This document shows positions 19,862 to 27,189 of a DNA stretch of 40,680 nucleotides, piece after piece. The stretch lies in IMG/VR virus record IMGVR_UViG_3300020045_007163, positions 1 through 40,680 of that record; one strand, 5' to 3'. How positions within the stretch are numbered: the stretch's first letter is position 1; each line of letters begins with the position of its first letter. Source of the DNA: a virus (taxonomy: Duplodnaviria > Caudoviricetes). The notes beneath the pieces were generated by a model. That model was not told the origin of the DNA. It saw nothing but the letters and a program-made list of their open reading frames with translations, and ran no database searches. A program made the translations under genes and the position numbers.

Positions 19862-20308
19862 TTGATAATGGGAATTGATCCAAATCCAGCCGCGCAATCT
19901 ATAATTGAATCATTGTTGGATAAACAGTGGTTTACTGCCGCATTAATTCTATTCTTTTTTATAATGTTTATCTTCCTTGCCTTGTTTGTTGTTTCCAAGG
20001 TTAAAAAGATGATCGAAGCCCAGCAATCCAGAATGGATCTGATGATGGCGGCAAATCAGACAAGGCAAGATGAAAGAGATAGATATTGGTTTGAAAGATC
20101 TGATAGAAAAGAAGCTGAATCTATCGCGCGCATGGATAAGCGGGATGATGAGCAAAAGGAAACTAATCATAATTATTACAATGCTCAAAGTACAACAGCC
20201 TTGACTTTGCAAGCAATCGGGCAAAGTTTTAGTAATGTTGCTGATAGATTAGAAAACATTGAAGATCATTTAAAGATCCAGATTCCAGCATCAGGGGCCG
20301 CTCAATGA
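19862..20308 (+). CDS. Single-TM membrane protein with coiled-coil tail; holin candidate (ATG start probably 19868)
   Basis: One strong TM (WFTAALILFFFIMFIFLALFVV) followed by a basic cluster; first gene of the lysis region. Confidence 0.55.
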   Translation: MIMGIDPNPAAQSIIESLLDKQWFTAALILFFFIMFIFLALFVVSKVKKMIEAQQSRMDLMMAANQTRQDERDRYWFERSDRKEAESIARMDKRDDEQKETNHNYYNAQSTTALTLQAIGQSFSNVADRLENIEDHLKIQIPASGAAQ

Positions 20309-20487
20309 TAACAGATCAAAAACATAGAGAAAGAATGGCAACTATCCCTGAGAAAGCTAATGAAGTACATGATTCAGCTCTGGGCTTGCTTGATATTTTA
20401 AAAAGGCTTTCAATTAATACGGGTAGAAATACTAATAAGAATTTGCTAAAGTTTGAGGACCTAATACAAGGTTATAAAAATGGCTGA
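20305..20487 (+). CDS. Small soluble hypothetical protein in the lysis region
   Basis: ATGA overlap with the upstream gene and overlap with the downstream gene. Confidence 0.6.
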   Translation: MITDQKHRERMATIPEKANEVHDSALGLLDILKRLSINTGRNTNKNLLKFEDLIQGYKNG

Positions 20488-20893
20488 TTTTTCTATAGTG
20501 GATAACTTAACTTTTTCTTTGTCTTTCTATGCTTTCGCAACCGCTTTAACGGCGGGAGTTTTGCTTTTAAATATGATACTCACGAATAAGGCCAGCGCCT
20601 TAAGCATTTTTGCATTTAGCGTTTTGGTTTATGTTTTTACCGTCATATCTGGAAGGGGCTTATTCTTTGCTGAATTTTTTGAATTCATAACATATAATGA
20701 TCAAGAAATAGGACGCAATGTTATCTTTGCTTTTTGCGGAATAGCCGGAACTATTTTAGTTTGGTTTCTTCTTAGGCGGCAACCTGAAAGCGTATCAAAA
20801 AAAGTTTCTGTTTATGTATGGTTTTATATATGCGCCCTTTACGCTTTATTCTCCATCTTTCTTTTCTTAAGTTATCCATTTGGAATTAAATAA
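20480..20893 (+). CDS. Four-TM membrane protein (holin/antiholin candidate)
   Basis: Four hydrophobic segments in 137 aa; upstream of the endolysin. Confidence 0.6.
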   Translation: MADFSIVDNLTFSLSFYAFATALTAGVLLLNMILTNKASALSIFAFSVLVYVFTVISGRGLFFAEFFEFITYNDQEIGRNVIFAFCGIAGTILVWFLLRRQPESVSKKVSVYVWFYICALYALFSIFLFLSYPFGIK

Positions 20894-21073
20894 ATGAGCA
20901 AGAGTTTAATTTCTCTTTTATCTTTGTCATTGATCCTAAATGCATTTTTAGGAATGTCTATTCTTGAAAAGAGAGATCGAAACATAACTGAGAAAGAATT
21001 AATGTCTTTTTGCATGAAGTATAAAATTAGAGATAAGCATTGCAAGATTTCCTATCAATATAAGAGAGATTAG
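20894..21073 (+). CDS. 59-aa protein with N-terminal weak TM/signal anchor and two Cys (not in the ORF track)
   Basis: My translation is MSKSLISLLSLSLILNAFLGMSILEKRDRNITEKELMSFCMKYKIRDKHCKISYQYKRD. It starts immediately after the upstream stop and ends 3 nt before the endolysin. Confidence 0.7.
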   Translation: MSKSLISLLSLSLILNAFLGMSILEKRDRNITEKELMSFCMKYKIRDKHCKISYQYKRD

Positions 21074-21076
21074 AAG

Positions 21077-21496
21077 ATGGATAAAAATCTTTTAGCTAAA
21101 GAGCTTGAGGCGGATGAGAAATTTGTTTCCCATGAGTATAAAGATTCTCTTGGATATTCAACTATTGGAATAGGTCGATTAATTGACAAGAGGAAGGGTG
21201 GGGGCATTACAAGAGAAGAGGCCCTTTATCTTTTGCAAAACGATATAAATAATAAATGGAATGATGTTAAAAAGAAATTCCCATGGGTTATTGATCAACC
21301 TGAAAGCGTTCAAAGAGCTTTAGCTAATATGGCCTTTCAAATGGGTATAGAAAACTTGAGCGAGTTTAAAAATTCTCTGGCGTATATAAAGGCCGGAGAT
21401 TATCTAAAGGCTCAGGCTAATTTGAAAGCGAGTAAATGGTTTACTCAGACTCCTAATCGGGCCGCGCGTGTTATTTCGATGATAAGGAAAGATTAA
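21077..21496 (+). CDS. Endolysin, T4-type lysozyme (GH24)
   Basis: E-x8-D-x5-T triad (EKFVSHEYKDSLGYST), TIGIG, NMAFQMG, SKWFTQTPNRA.R. Confidence 0.93.
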   Translation: MDKNLLAKELEADEKFVSHEYKDSLGYSTIGIGRLIDKRKGGGITREEALYLLQNDINNKWNDVKKKFPWVIDQPESVQRALANMAFQMGIENLSEFKNSLAYIKAGDYLKAQANLKASKWFTQTPNRAARVISMIRKD

Positions 21497-21778
21497 ATGA
21501 ATCCTATCGCCTTAAAAATACTCTCCTATGGAGTTATTGTTTTATTGATAACTCAAACATTAAGCGGCTTTTATATCCGTTATCTTCATCAGAATCTTGC
21601 TGAGGAAAAACAGGCCAGGGAATTGGCTGAAAAAGATTTAAAGGAATGCGAAGATGATAAAGCTCTATCTGAAGAAAAGGCGGAAAACCATGCCGATAAA
21701 ATTATTAATCTTAATAGCCGGATTGCTGAGCTTAAGCGCTTGCGAATTAACCCGCGATGCATCCCAATTACCCGTTAG
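21497..21778 (+). CDS. Inner-membrane spanin (Rz-like)
   Basis: N-terminal TM followed by a coiled coil with Cys; follows the endolysin. Confidence 0.8.
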   Translation: MNPIALKILSYGVIVLLITQTLSGFYIRYLHQNLAEEKQARELAEKDLKECEDDKALSEEKAENHADKIINLNSRIAELKRLRINPRCIPITR

Positions 21779-21965
21779 GCCAGCCAATATAATTGAGCGG
21801 CCAGCAAATGAATCTATGCTTGAGCGCATGGCTACGGCTACTGATGGCGCTCAGGGATTAAGGGAAGATTGGCTTTTGGATTTCGCGGCTGAAGCTGAGA
21901 AGTACAGATTGCAATTAGAATCATCAATAGAATTTATGGGGGCAACATGGGAATCGCGTCAATAA
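21690..21965 (+). CDS. Outer-membrane spanin lipoprotein (Rz1-like, overlapped type)
   Basis: MPIKLLILIAGLLSLSAC lipobox; starts in the +1 frame inside the i-spanin, with AAGGCGG upstream. Confidence 0.82.
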   Translation: MPIKLLILIAGLLSLSACELTRDASQLPVRPANIIERPANESMLERMATATDGAQGLREDWLLDFAAEAEKYRLQLESSIEFMGATWESRQ

Positions 21966-22549
21966 TCATCATTATCTTGGCGGCGCTAGCTTTAACGTGG
22001 CGCGGCTTCACTTCCAGAATGTCAGGCGGAGGCTGGCCAAAAACGCCTTGGATTTGGGATAGATTTTTATATGCCATTCCTGAGCTGTTATTGTGGCCCT
22101 GGATAAGCGCCTGGGCCGTGGCCGTATGGATCGCCTCAGCATTCCTGAAACGCATGGGAACAGCTCCATTCTTGGATATGGGGCATGATCAAAACCCTAC
22201 TGAGAAGAAATCAATCATTGTTTGGGCTTTAAAGCCGCTTCAGGGCAAGCTTTCCGCTTTCTGGTATGATTTCACCGGAAACGCTATTCTTGGCCTATGT
22301 CACGCTTCAGCGGCTATTGTGGCCCTGATTTCTTTCGGTTGGATCTTTCCGGCTATATTCATTGCGCTGGGCGGAATATCCCGCGCGCTGGCCTATACAA
22401 TTGGATGGGCATTAATTCCTAATTATAGGAATGAAAACCTTCCAGATCCAATTGATGAGGCAACCAAGATAGGGGAAATCCTTAGCGGCGTATTCCATGC
22501 CGTTGGATCTCTTGCCGCTATCGCTTGGATGATTTCGCATCAGATTTGA
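21947..22549 (+). CDS. Multi-pass membrane protein of unknown function, last late gene
   Basis: About five Trp-rich hydrophobic segments in 200 aa. Confidence 0.7.
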   Translation: MGIASIIIIILAALALTWRGFTSRMSGGGWPKTPWIWDRFLYAIPELLLWPWISAWAVAVWIASAFLKRMGTAPFLDMGHDQNPTEKKSIIVWALKPLQGKLSAFWYDFTGNAILGLCHASAAIVALISFGWIFPAIFIALGGISRALAYTIGWALIPNYRNENLPDPIDEATKIGEILSGVFHAVGSLAAIAWMISHQI

Positions 22550-22970
22550 TTTCATGGGTCCGGCAATATGGGCCGGAGCCGCATCTTTTCTGGCCGCAAA
22601 ATTTATATGGCGTTTTATCGCCATACGGCCAGCGGCATGAATCAGGCTTTAGATCCAATAGAGAAATAAGGTTTTGCGGCTCAGGCTCTTCCATAGGCAA
22701 GGGCGCGGAATGATTTGTTTTTTGAGTCGGCGGCTTATTTGGAACTTTCTTTTTCTTGATCATATCTGTTTTAATTTTATTGCTTGATTGCTTGAGCCGG
22801 AAAAGCCGCCCTCCAACGCTTAGGCGCGTTCTGAAGCTATTGAACTTCTCATTTATCGCCTTTGATATTTTGGCCATTGTATCGCCAGCCTTGGCGCGCT
22901 CTAGCAATAATGAATCCTCTTCAGGAGTCCAGTCTTTCGGCGCATCTTTTTTAAGTTTTTGTTTGATCAT
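22518..22970 (-). CDS. gcrA: GcrA-like cell-cycle transcription regulator
   Basis: N-terminal WT.E....L......G.T...I......RTR.SV.GRLFRL; C-terminal LLDL...SCRWPYGD....KFCG......PYC..H. Confidence 0.88.
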   Translation of the reverse strand: MIKQKLKKDAPKDWTPEEDSLLLERAKAGDTMAKISKAINEKFNSFRTRLSVGGRLFRLKQSSNKIKTDMIKKKKVPNKPPTQKTNHSAPLPMEEPEPQNLISLLDLKPDSCRWPYGDKTPYKFCGQKRCGSGPYCRTHEIKSDAKSSKR

Positions 22971-23716
22971 TTTTGATTCCTTGATTTGGATTTAAGGGCG
23001 CGGGTTATGGTTTTATATTCAGGCGCCGGCATACCGTAATCATGGTATGTTTTATCAACCCATTTCAAAGCCGCTTCCCGTTCCTCATCTCCAATGGCAG
23101 GGGTAAGGGCGGCTTCGATCCTGTGGATAGCAGCATGTGTCTTTTCAAGCTCGTTTTTCTCGCACTCGTTCAAATGCCATGTTTTGACTTGCTTGCGGAT
23201 ATATCTAATGTCTTCCAACGCTTCATTCACAGGCATGGCGGCGGGAGGGGTAGCAAGTAACAGCTTTCCGGCAGCTTCCTCCGGCGAGCGTCCAGAAACT
23301 ATCCCGTACGAGTTTGCTGCATAATGTGGGCCTCGTGGTTGATCATCCTCAATCTCCCGGCTAATGCTTCCATCAGTGTAATGGAGGGGTTTGCCTATGC
23401 CTTGTGATTGCGCGGCGTATCGTAAATCTATTTCTTCATTAGTCACGCCTTCCATTATCGGAACATCAAAGCCTAAATCTAAAAACCTTTGACGCATTGC
23501 CAAGGCATACTCAGCAAGTCGGTCATAACGCATTTTACGGGCTAGGCTGTTTCTCCCCTCTATCCCCTGTGCGGTTTGGCTTTGCGGTTGGGTACGTGCC
23601 TTAACCAAATCAACAATTTGTTGATCGGTCATTTGTAGAATATCTCCATCATCATTAACCATGATAGCGCCTAAAGATATGGCGTGTTCAATTATGTAAC
23701 AATCCGCTTCAGTCAT
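22967..23716 (-). CDS. Hypothetical protein (mosaic early gene)
   Basis: 249-aa ORF with ATGA overlaps on both sides; no motif recognised. Confidence 0.7.
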   Translation of the reverse strand: MTEADCYIIEHAISLGAIMVNDDGDILQMTDQQIVDLVKARTQPQSQTAQGIEGRNSLARKMRYDRLAEYALAMRQRFLDLGFDVPIMEGVTNEEIDLRYAAQSQGIGKPLHYTDGSISREIEDDQPRGPHYAANSYGIVSGRSPEEAAGKLLLATPPAAMPVNEALEDIRYIRKQVKTWHLNECEKNELEKTHAAIHRIEAALTPAIGDEEREAALKWVDKTYHDYGMPAPEYKTITRALKSKSRNQK

Positions 23717-23895
23717 TTTATTTCCTTTGTATATTTTATATAAGATCCAGTCTCAACATTTGTTTCATGTCCTGTTTTTTCTGTATGTCTTCTTGCCCTC
23801 TGAGGCGCTTGCCTAGGATCTTCATCATGCCATCCACATTCCATGCAATCTGCAATTCTATGAATTATACCGCCAAAAGATTTAAGAGTTGCCAT
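23713..23895 (-). CDS. Small putative zinc-binding protein
   Basis: CMECGW...RHTEKTGH (CxxC...HxxxxxH); AAGGAG RBS. Confidence 0.7.
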   Translation of the reverse strand: MATLKSFGGIIHRIADCMECGWHDEDPRQAPQRARRHTEKTGHETNVETGSYIKYTKEIK

Positions 23896-24049
23896 GCTTG
23901 CTTACTCCTTCCAGCGCGGTTAAAGCTGTATCAGAAAATTTAAGAGCCGTTAATTCAGCCAGCGCTTCGCATAACATTTGATGTTTAACGCCTATGCTTT
24001 TGGCGGCAATACCTTTGCGGATTTTAGATTCAATTAGATCCAGATTCAT
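23882..24049 (-). CDS. 55-aa hypothetical protein (not in the ORF track)
   Basis: MNLDLIESKIRKGIAAK...EGVSKHGNS; fills the gap with overlapping starts and stops. Confidence 0.55.
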   Translation of the reverse strand: MNLDLIESKIRKGIAAKSIGVKHQMLCEALAELTALKFSDTALTALEGVSKHGNS

Positions 24050-24176
24050 TTCATATCTCTTTTTGCTAAATATTGAAGTCGGTCCAGAATAAGTCTGGCC
24101 TTATCTGGATGATCTATAATTATTGGCTTCATTTGTGGTTTCGGCCTGTAATCATGTGAGTCTTTAAAATCTTTTT

Positions 24177-24566
24177 TCAACTTACGAATCCTCTATGCAA
24201 AATGTTACCTAATTTATCAACTATTCTATATTCATTAGGAGGAAGGCTTTCATCTTCAATAATGGGAATTCCTCTAAAATTTGCTAAACATCCCAATGGT
24301 TTTTTAGGAGCCAATGGATCTAATGGAAATATTTCCGGTTTAATACTGGCGCTTAGAATTTTCGGAACTTTCCAGCCGCATAGCATTTTATCTGGAGCTG
24401 GCGGAATATTTTCCAATAACTTTGCGGCTTTGCGTATGTTTTCCAATAGATCTTTTGAATCAATTGGCTTGGCATTAGTGCAAGTCGATATATTGGCCAA
24501 AGTAAGCATTGGCTTAACTCCAGCCCTTGCTTGAGAAAAAATAAAATCTTTATTCATTCCCCGCAT
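24177..24566 (-). CDS. Hypothetical protein
   Basis: 129 aa, co-oriented with neighbours; C-terminal GIPIIEDESLPPN. Confidence 0.65.
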   Translation of the reverse strand: MRGMNKDFIFSQARAGVKPMLTLANISTCTNAKPIDSKDLLENIRKAAKLLENIPPAPDKMLCGWKVPKILSASIKPEIFPLDPLAPKKPLGCLANFRGIPIIEDESLPPNEYRIVDKLGNILHRGFVS

Positions 24567-25120
24567 CCTTTTCCAATGCCGTTGCCGCCTTTAAATTTAG
24601 AAACAAAGTGAGTCCAGATCTTCCAGCCTTGTGGACAATAAAAGCCCCAATTCCATAGGCGCGGCCCCGTAATGAAGATTGTCCATACTGGCTTTTCAGC
24701 CCCGCTTGCATTACCTGGAGAAACTTTTAAAAGCTGGACTCTATGCGGAGCGCGTCCAAAGCGGAACTTAAAAGCGCCTTCTCTTCTGAGAGTTTGAATT
24801 ATTTCCCCGTTGGTTTTCCAGTTTTTAGGATCTTTAAACGTATGCTCTATGTATTCGCCACGCAAAAGAAAACTGGCATTGAATAACCATGGATGATCAT
24901 GCAAAGCTCGATCTGAATCAGATTGGCAAAACTTATGAAGATAAATATTAAATATTTTGTTCTTAGGGATCAAAAACCATCTTAAAAGATACGGTTGTTC
25001 ATTATCGCCAAGAATAACAAATGGGGCTTTCCCGCGAAAGGTTGGAAAATTATTTTTCATTTCCAAATCTCCAAAACTATGAATCATTTCTTGGCCCACC
25101 TTCTTTTTTCCATTGCTCAA
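24554..25120 (-). CDS. Cupin / cysteine-dioxygenase-like phage protein
   Basis: YL.RW.L.P...FNIYLH.F..SD.DRALHDHPW...S..L.G.Y.E...HRV.L...WT.FITGPR...WGFYCP. Confidence 0.75.
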   Translation of the reverse strand: MSNGKKKVGQEMIHSFGDLEMKNNFPTFRGKAPFVILGDNEQPYLLRWFLIPKNKIFNIYLHKFCQSDSDRALHDHPWLFNASFLLRGEYIEHTFKDPKNWKTNGEIIQTLRREGAFKFRFGRAPHRVQLLKVSPGNASGAEKPVWTIFITGPRLWNWGFYCPQGWKIWTHFVSKFKGGNGIGKGCGE

Positions 25121-25271
25121 GCCCTTTTTCAGTAAGGGTATATTTTACTAATCCGTTTTGATTGGGAGATATTTTAATAAATCCCAATATGATTGCCTGA
25201 TCTAGCTTATCCTGTTTATCAGGATCATAAGGATAATATGGATCTGGCCCAAAGTGATTAAATATAATCAT
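25077..25271 (-). CDS. Hypothetical protein (possible winged-helix fragment)
   Basis: LGFIK....KYTLTEKG.E resembles the end of a winged helix. Confidence 0.55.
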   Translation of the reverse strand: MIIFNHFGPDPYYPYDPDKQDKLDQAIILGFIKISPNQNGLVKYTLTEKGLEQWKKEGGPRNDS

Positions 25272-25426
25272 TGCGCTGCATCCTTGTTGATCCAGTAATA
25301 AACATTATATGCCAGTATCGTTAAAGTGAATAAATAAAATCTAATCATTTTTTTCTCTTTCTATCGCTGGGAACCGCTGGCATTACAGACTGTCAAGACT
25401 CATGCCAGCGGCCCTTCCCAATGCGG

Positions 25427-25690
25427 TTAGGAAACTTGTTTAATTAAATCTCTTAAAGTATCTATCTTGGCTTCAAATTCATCAGATCTTCCTTCAAAAG
25501 ATCCTTCAATGTATGGAAGCCAATATTGAATCTCTGTTAGCATCTCCTGATGCTGTTTGATAATTTCAGAAACATCTCCAGCTGAAGTATCAAGCCTGGG
25601 AACGCCTGAGTCATTATTTTGTTGATCTTGATAAGCTTTAAGCTGCTCATTTATTCTTTTAATATATTGATTCATTTTCTTATCTCGCAT
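25427..25690 (-). CDS. Hypothetical early protein (start may be the ATG at 25675)
   Basis: Helical 82-87 aa ORF preceded by the AACCAATGCGA motif. Confidence 0.65.
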   Translation of the reverse strand: MRDKKMNQYIKRINEQLKAYQDQQNNDSGVPRLDTSAGDVSEIIKQHQEMLTEIQYWLPYIEGSFEGRSDEFEAKIDTLRDLIKQVS

Positions 25691-25724
25691 TGGTTTTAAG
25701 GTTGGGGCTTCCGCCCCGCCCAGA

Positions 25725-25850
25725 TTATTCTTGAACTTTAAAATCTTTTCCCCTGTATTTTTCTCTCAGGGCTTGAGCAAAGAGATTTGCTATCTCCATG
25801 GTTTTTCCGGTTCCGTAAAGAATTCCGGTTTCGTCTTTTATTTCGTACAT
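25725..25850 (-). CDS. 41-aa early protein (not in the ORF track)
   Basis: MYEIKDETGILYGTGKTMEIANLFAQALREKYRGKDFKVQE; its AAAGGAAACAAA-ATG leader is identical to that of the Sak4-like gene. Confidence 0.65.
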   Translation of the reverse strand: MYEIKDETGILYGTGKTMEIANLFAQALREKYRGKDFKVQE

Positions 25851-25879
25851 TTTGTTTCCTTTATTTTTCGCATTGGTTG

Positions 25880-25935
25880 TTACTCAGTAAGATCAATATA
25901 CACGATTCGAAAATCGGAACAACTAAAATCGTAAA
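25880..25935 (-). promoter_or_regulatory. Putative leftward promoter/operator in a divergent intergenic region
   Basis: TTGTTC-16-TATATT on the - strand; CGATT-cgaa-AATCG palindrome (25903-25916); AAAATCG repeated; TTACTCAGTAA palindrome (25880-25890). Confidence 0.5.
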
Positions 25936-25994
25936 ATTTTTTTATTGTTTTATGATTTCCTTTAAGTTATTGTTTTTATAAAGGAGAATCATCA

Positions 25995-26165
25995 ATGGTT
26001 AAAAAAGATATAGTATTTTTTGGAGTAAACATTAACGGCAAATCAGCCGCTTTATTTAATAAGATCCGACTCGCTAAAGGATCTAAAGAAGGGAAAGGGA
26101 TAACAAAAAGTCAGGCCGTTAATGAGGCAATAGATCTTTGGAATGAGAAGAACGGAAAAAGATAA
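25995..26165 (+). CDS. 56-aa ribbon-helix-helix-like DNA-binding protein (not in the ORF track)
   Basis: AAGGAG RBS; MVKKDIVFFGVNINGKSAALFNKIRLAK...ITKSQAVNEAIDLW (strand-helix-helix); TAATG coupling to the next gene. Confidence 0.65.
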   Translation: MVKKDIVFFGVNINGKSAALFNKIRLAKGSKEGKGITKSQAVNEAIDLWNEKNGKR

Positions 26166-26593
26166 TGATAAAAAAAGTTTTTAGAAAAGATATATCGGAT
26201 TTGATAAAATGGAAAAAAGGAAAGCCTGATTATCATGGTCCTGGAATATACTTTTTATATCAAGGTGATGATTTAATATATATAGGAAGAACAAAGAATA
26301 TCAGATCTAGAGTATTTCAACATACAGTTAAGCACGATTTTTATTCATATATCCCATGCCCTGAAGATATTTTAGCTCAAGCTGAAAAAATGTTTTTGCT
26401 TGAATTTAATCCTCCTATTAATTGCCGTACTAGATCATTTGATTTTGAAAGAATAATTTTCGACGCGCCAGCCGGAACATTGGCCAGCTTAGAGAAAAGG
26501 GCTAAGGCGGCTGGAATCGTAAAGAAAAATGACAAGCCCCATGTTGGGAAATTAATCCTAAGTTTGATTGATTCACCAGTTAAGAAGAAATAA
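26165..26593 (+). CDS. GIY-YIG nuclease with a possible C-terminal RHH-like domain
   Basis: GIYFL.....IYIG.T.NI.SR..QH...AE......NP..N; C-terminal ERIIFDAPAGTLASLEKRAKAAG. Confidence 0.8.
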   Translation: MIKKVFRKDISDLIKWKKGKPDYHGPGIYFLYQGDDLIYIGRTKNIRSRVFQHTVKHDFYSYIPCPEDILAQAEKMFLLEFNPPINCRTRSFDFERIIFDAPAGTLASLEKRAKAAGIVKKNDKPHVGKLILSLIDSPVKKK

Positions 26594-26825
26594 TTTTTTT
26601 GCGCCCATTAATCGCATAATCAATTGATTTTCTATCGCGCTTTATTATCTGGGCGATCCTTTGAACTGGCAATTTCTTTACGTTGTAAAAATAAAGAATC
26701 GCTTCTTTTCTGGCTTGAGAAAGAGGGCGCTCTTTATATTCACTGAAGAAATCATTCACTGTTATTCGGTTATTCAGGCAAGCGGCTTTTATAACCTCTT
26801 CATTTGTCATTATGCGCTGGGTCAT
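26580..26825 (-). CDS. Standalone DnaA C-terminal (domain IV)-like HTH protein
   Basis: R.LSQAR.EAI.......LP...IA....RDRKSI.YAI parallels DnaA R....RQ.AMY....SL..IG...RDHTTV.HA. Confidence 0.6.
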   Translation of the reverse strand: MTQRIMTNEEVIKAACLNNRITVNDFFSEYKERPLSQARKEAILYFYNVKKLPVQRIAQIIKRDRKSIDYAINGRKKIISS

Positions 26826-27147
26826 TCTCTTCTCTTTTAAAAATATAACGGCATTCAATTTTTTTCCCTTGGGCTTTATACATCTTCATATTGGCTTCCA
26901 TACTGGCGCTGATTCCATAGTCGATATAGAAAGCTATAATATCGGCATAGCGCGCCCATTCAAGCCCAGCTGATATTGATTTAGCGCGCTGGGTCATAAC
27001 ATCCTGATCAACATAACGGCTATAAAATCCATCAGCTGAGAATGGAGATTCATCCCTATCAAAGCAATCCTGGATGCAAAGCTGAGTATACCATTGCCGC
27101 TTCTTTTCATCCGCATCAAATGGCGCTTCAATTATCGTTAGTTTCAT
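26800..27147 (-). CDS. Nucleoside deoxyribosyltransferase-like (DUF4406-related) phage protein
   Basis: IIE.PF.......Y...C..D...R.E.PF....FY...D.....R...I.AGL.W...AD..AFY.DYGIS..M. Confidence 0.65.
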   Translation of the reverse strand: MKLTIIEAPFDADEKKRQWYTQLCIQDCFDRDESPFSADGFYSRYVDQDVMTQRAKSISAGLEWARYADIIAFYIDYGISASMEANMKMYKAQGKKIECRYIFKREENDPAHNDK

Positions 27148-27189
27148 AAGTCTTTTCCAATCCATGCATGGGTTTATAAAGGATACTCA

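Noticed and set aside
21497-21965. Short i-spanin as a frameshifted or broken Rz
   Set aside because: It fits the known overlapped two-component spanin architecture, in which the lipoprotein gene extends past the i-spanin stop.
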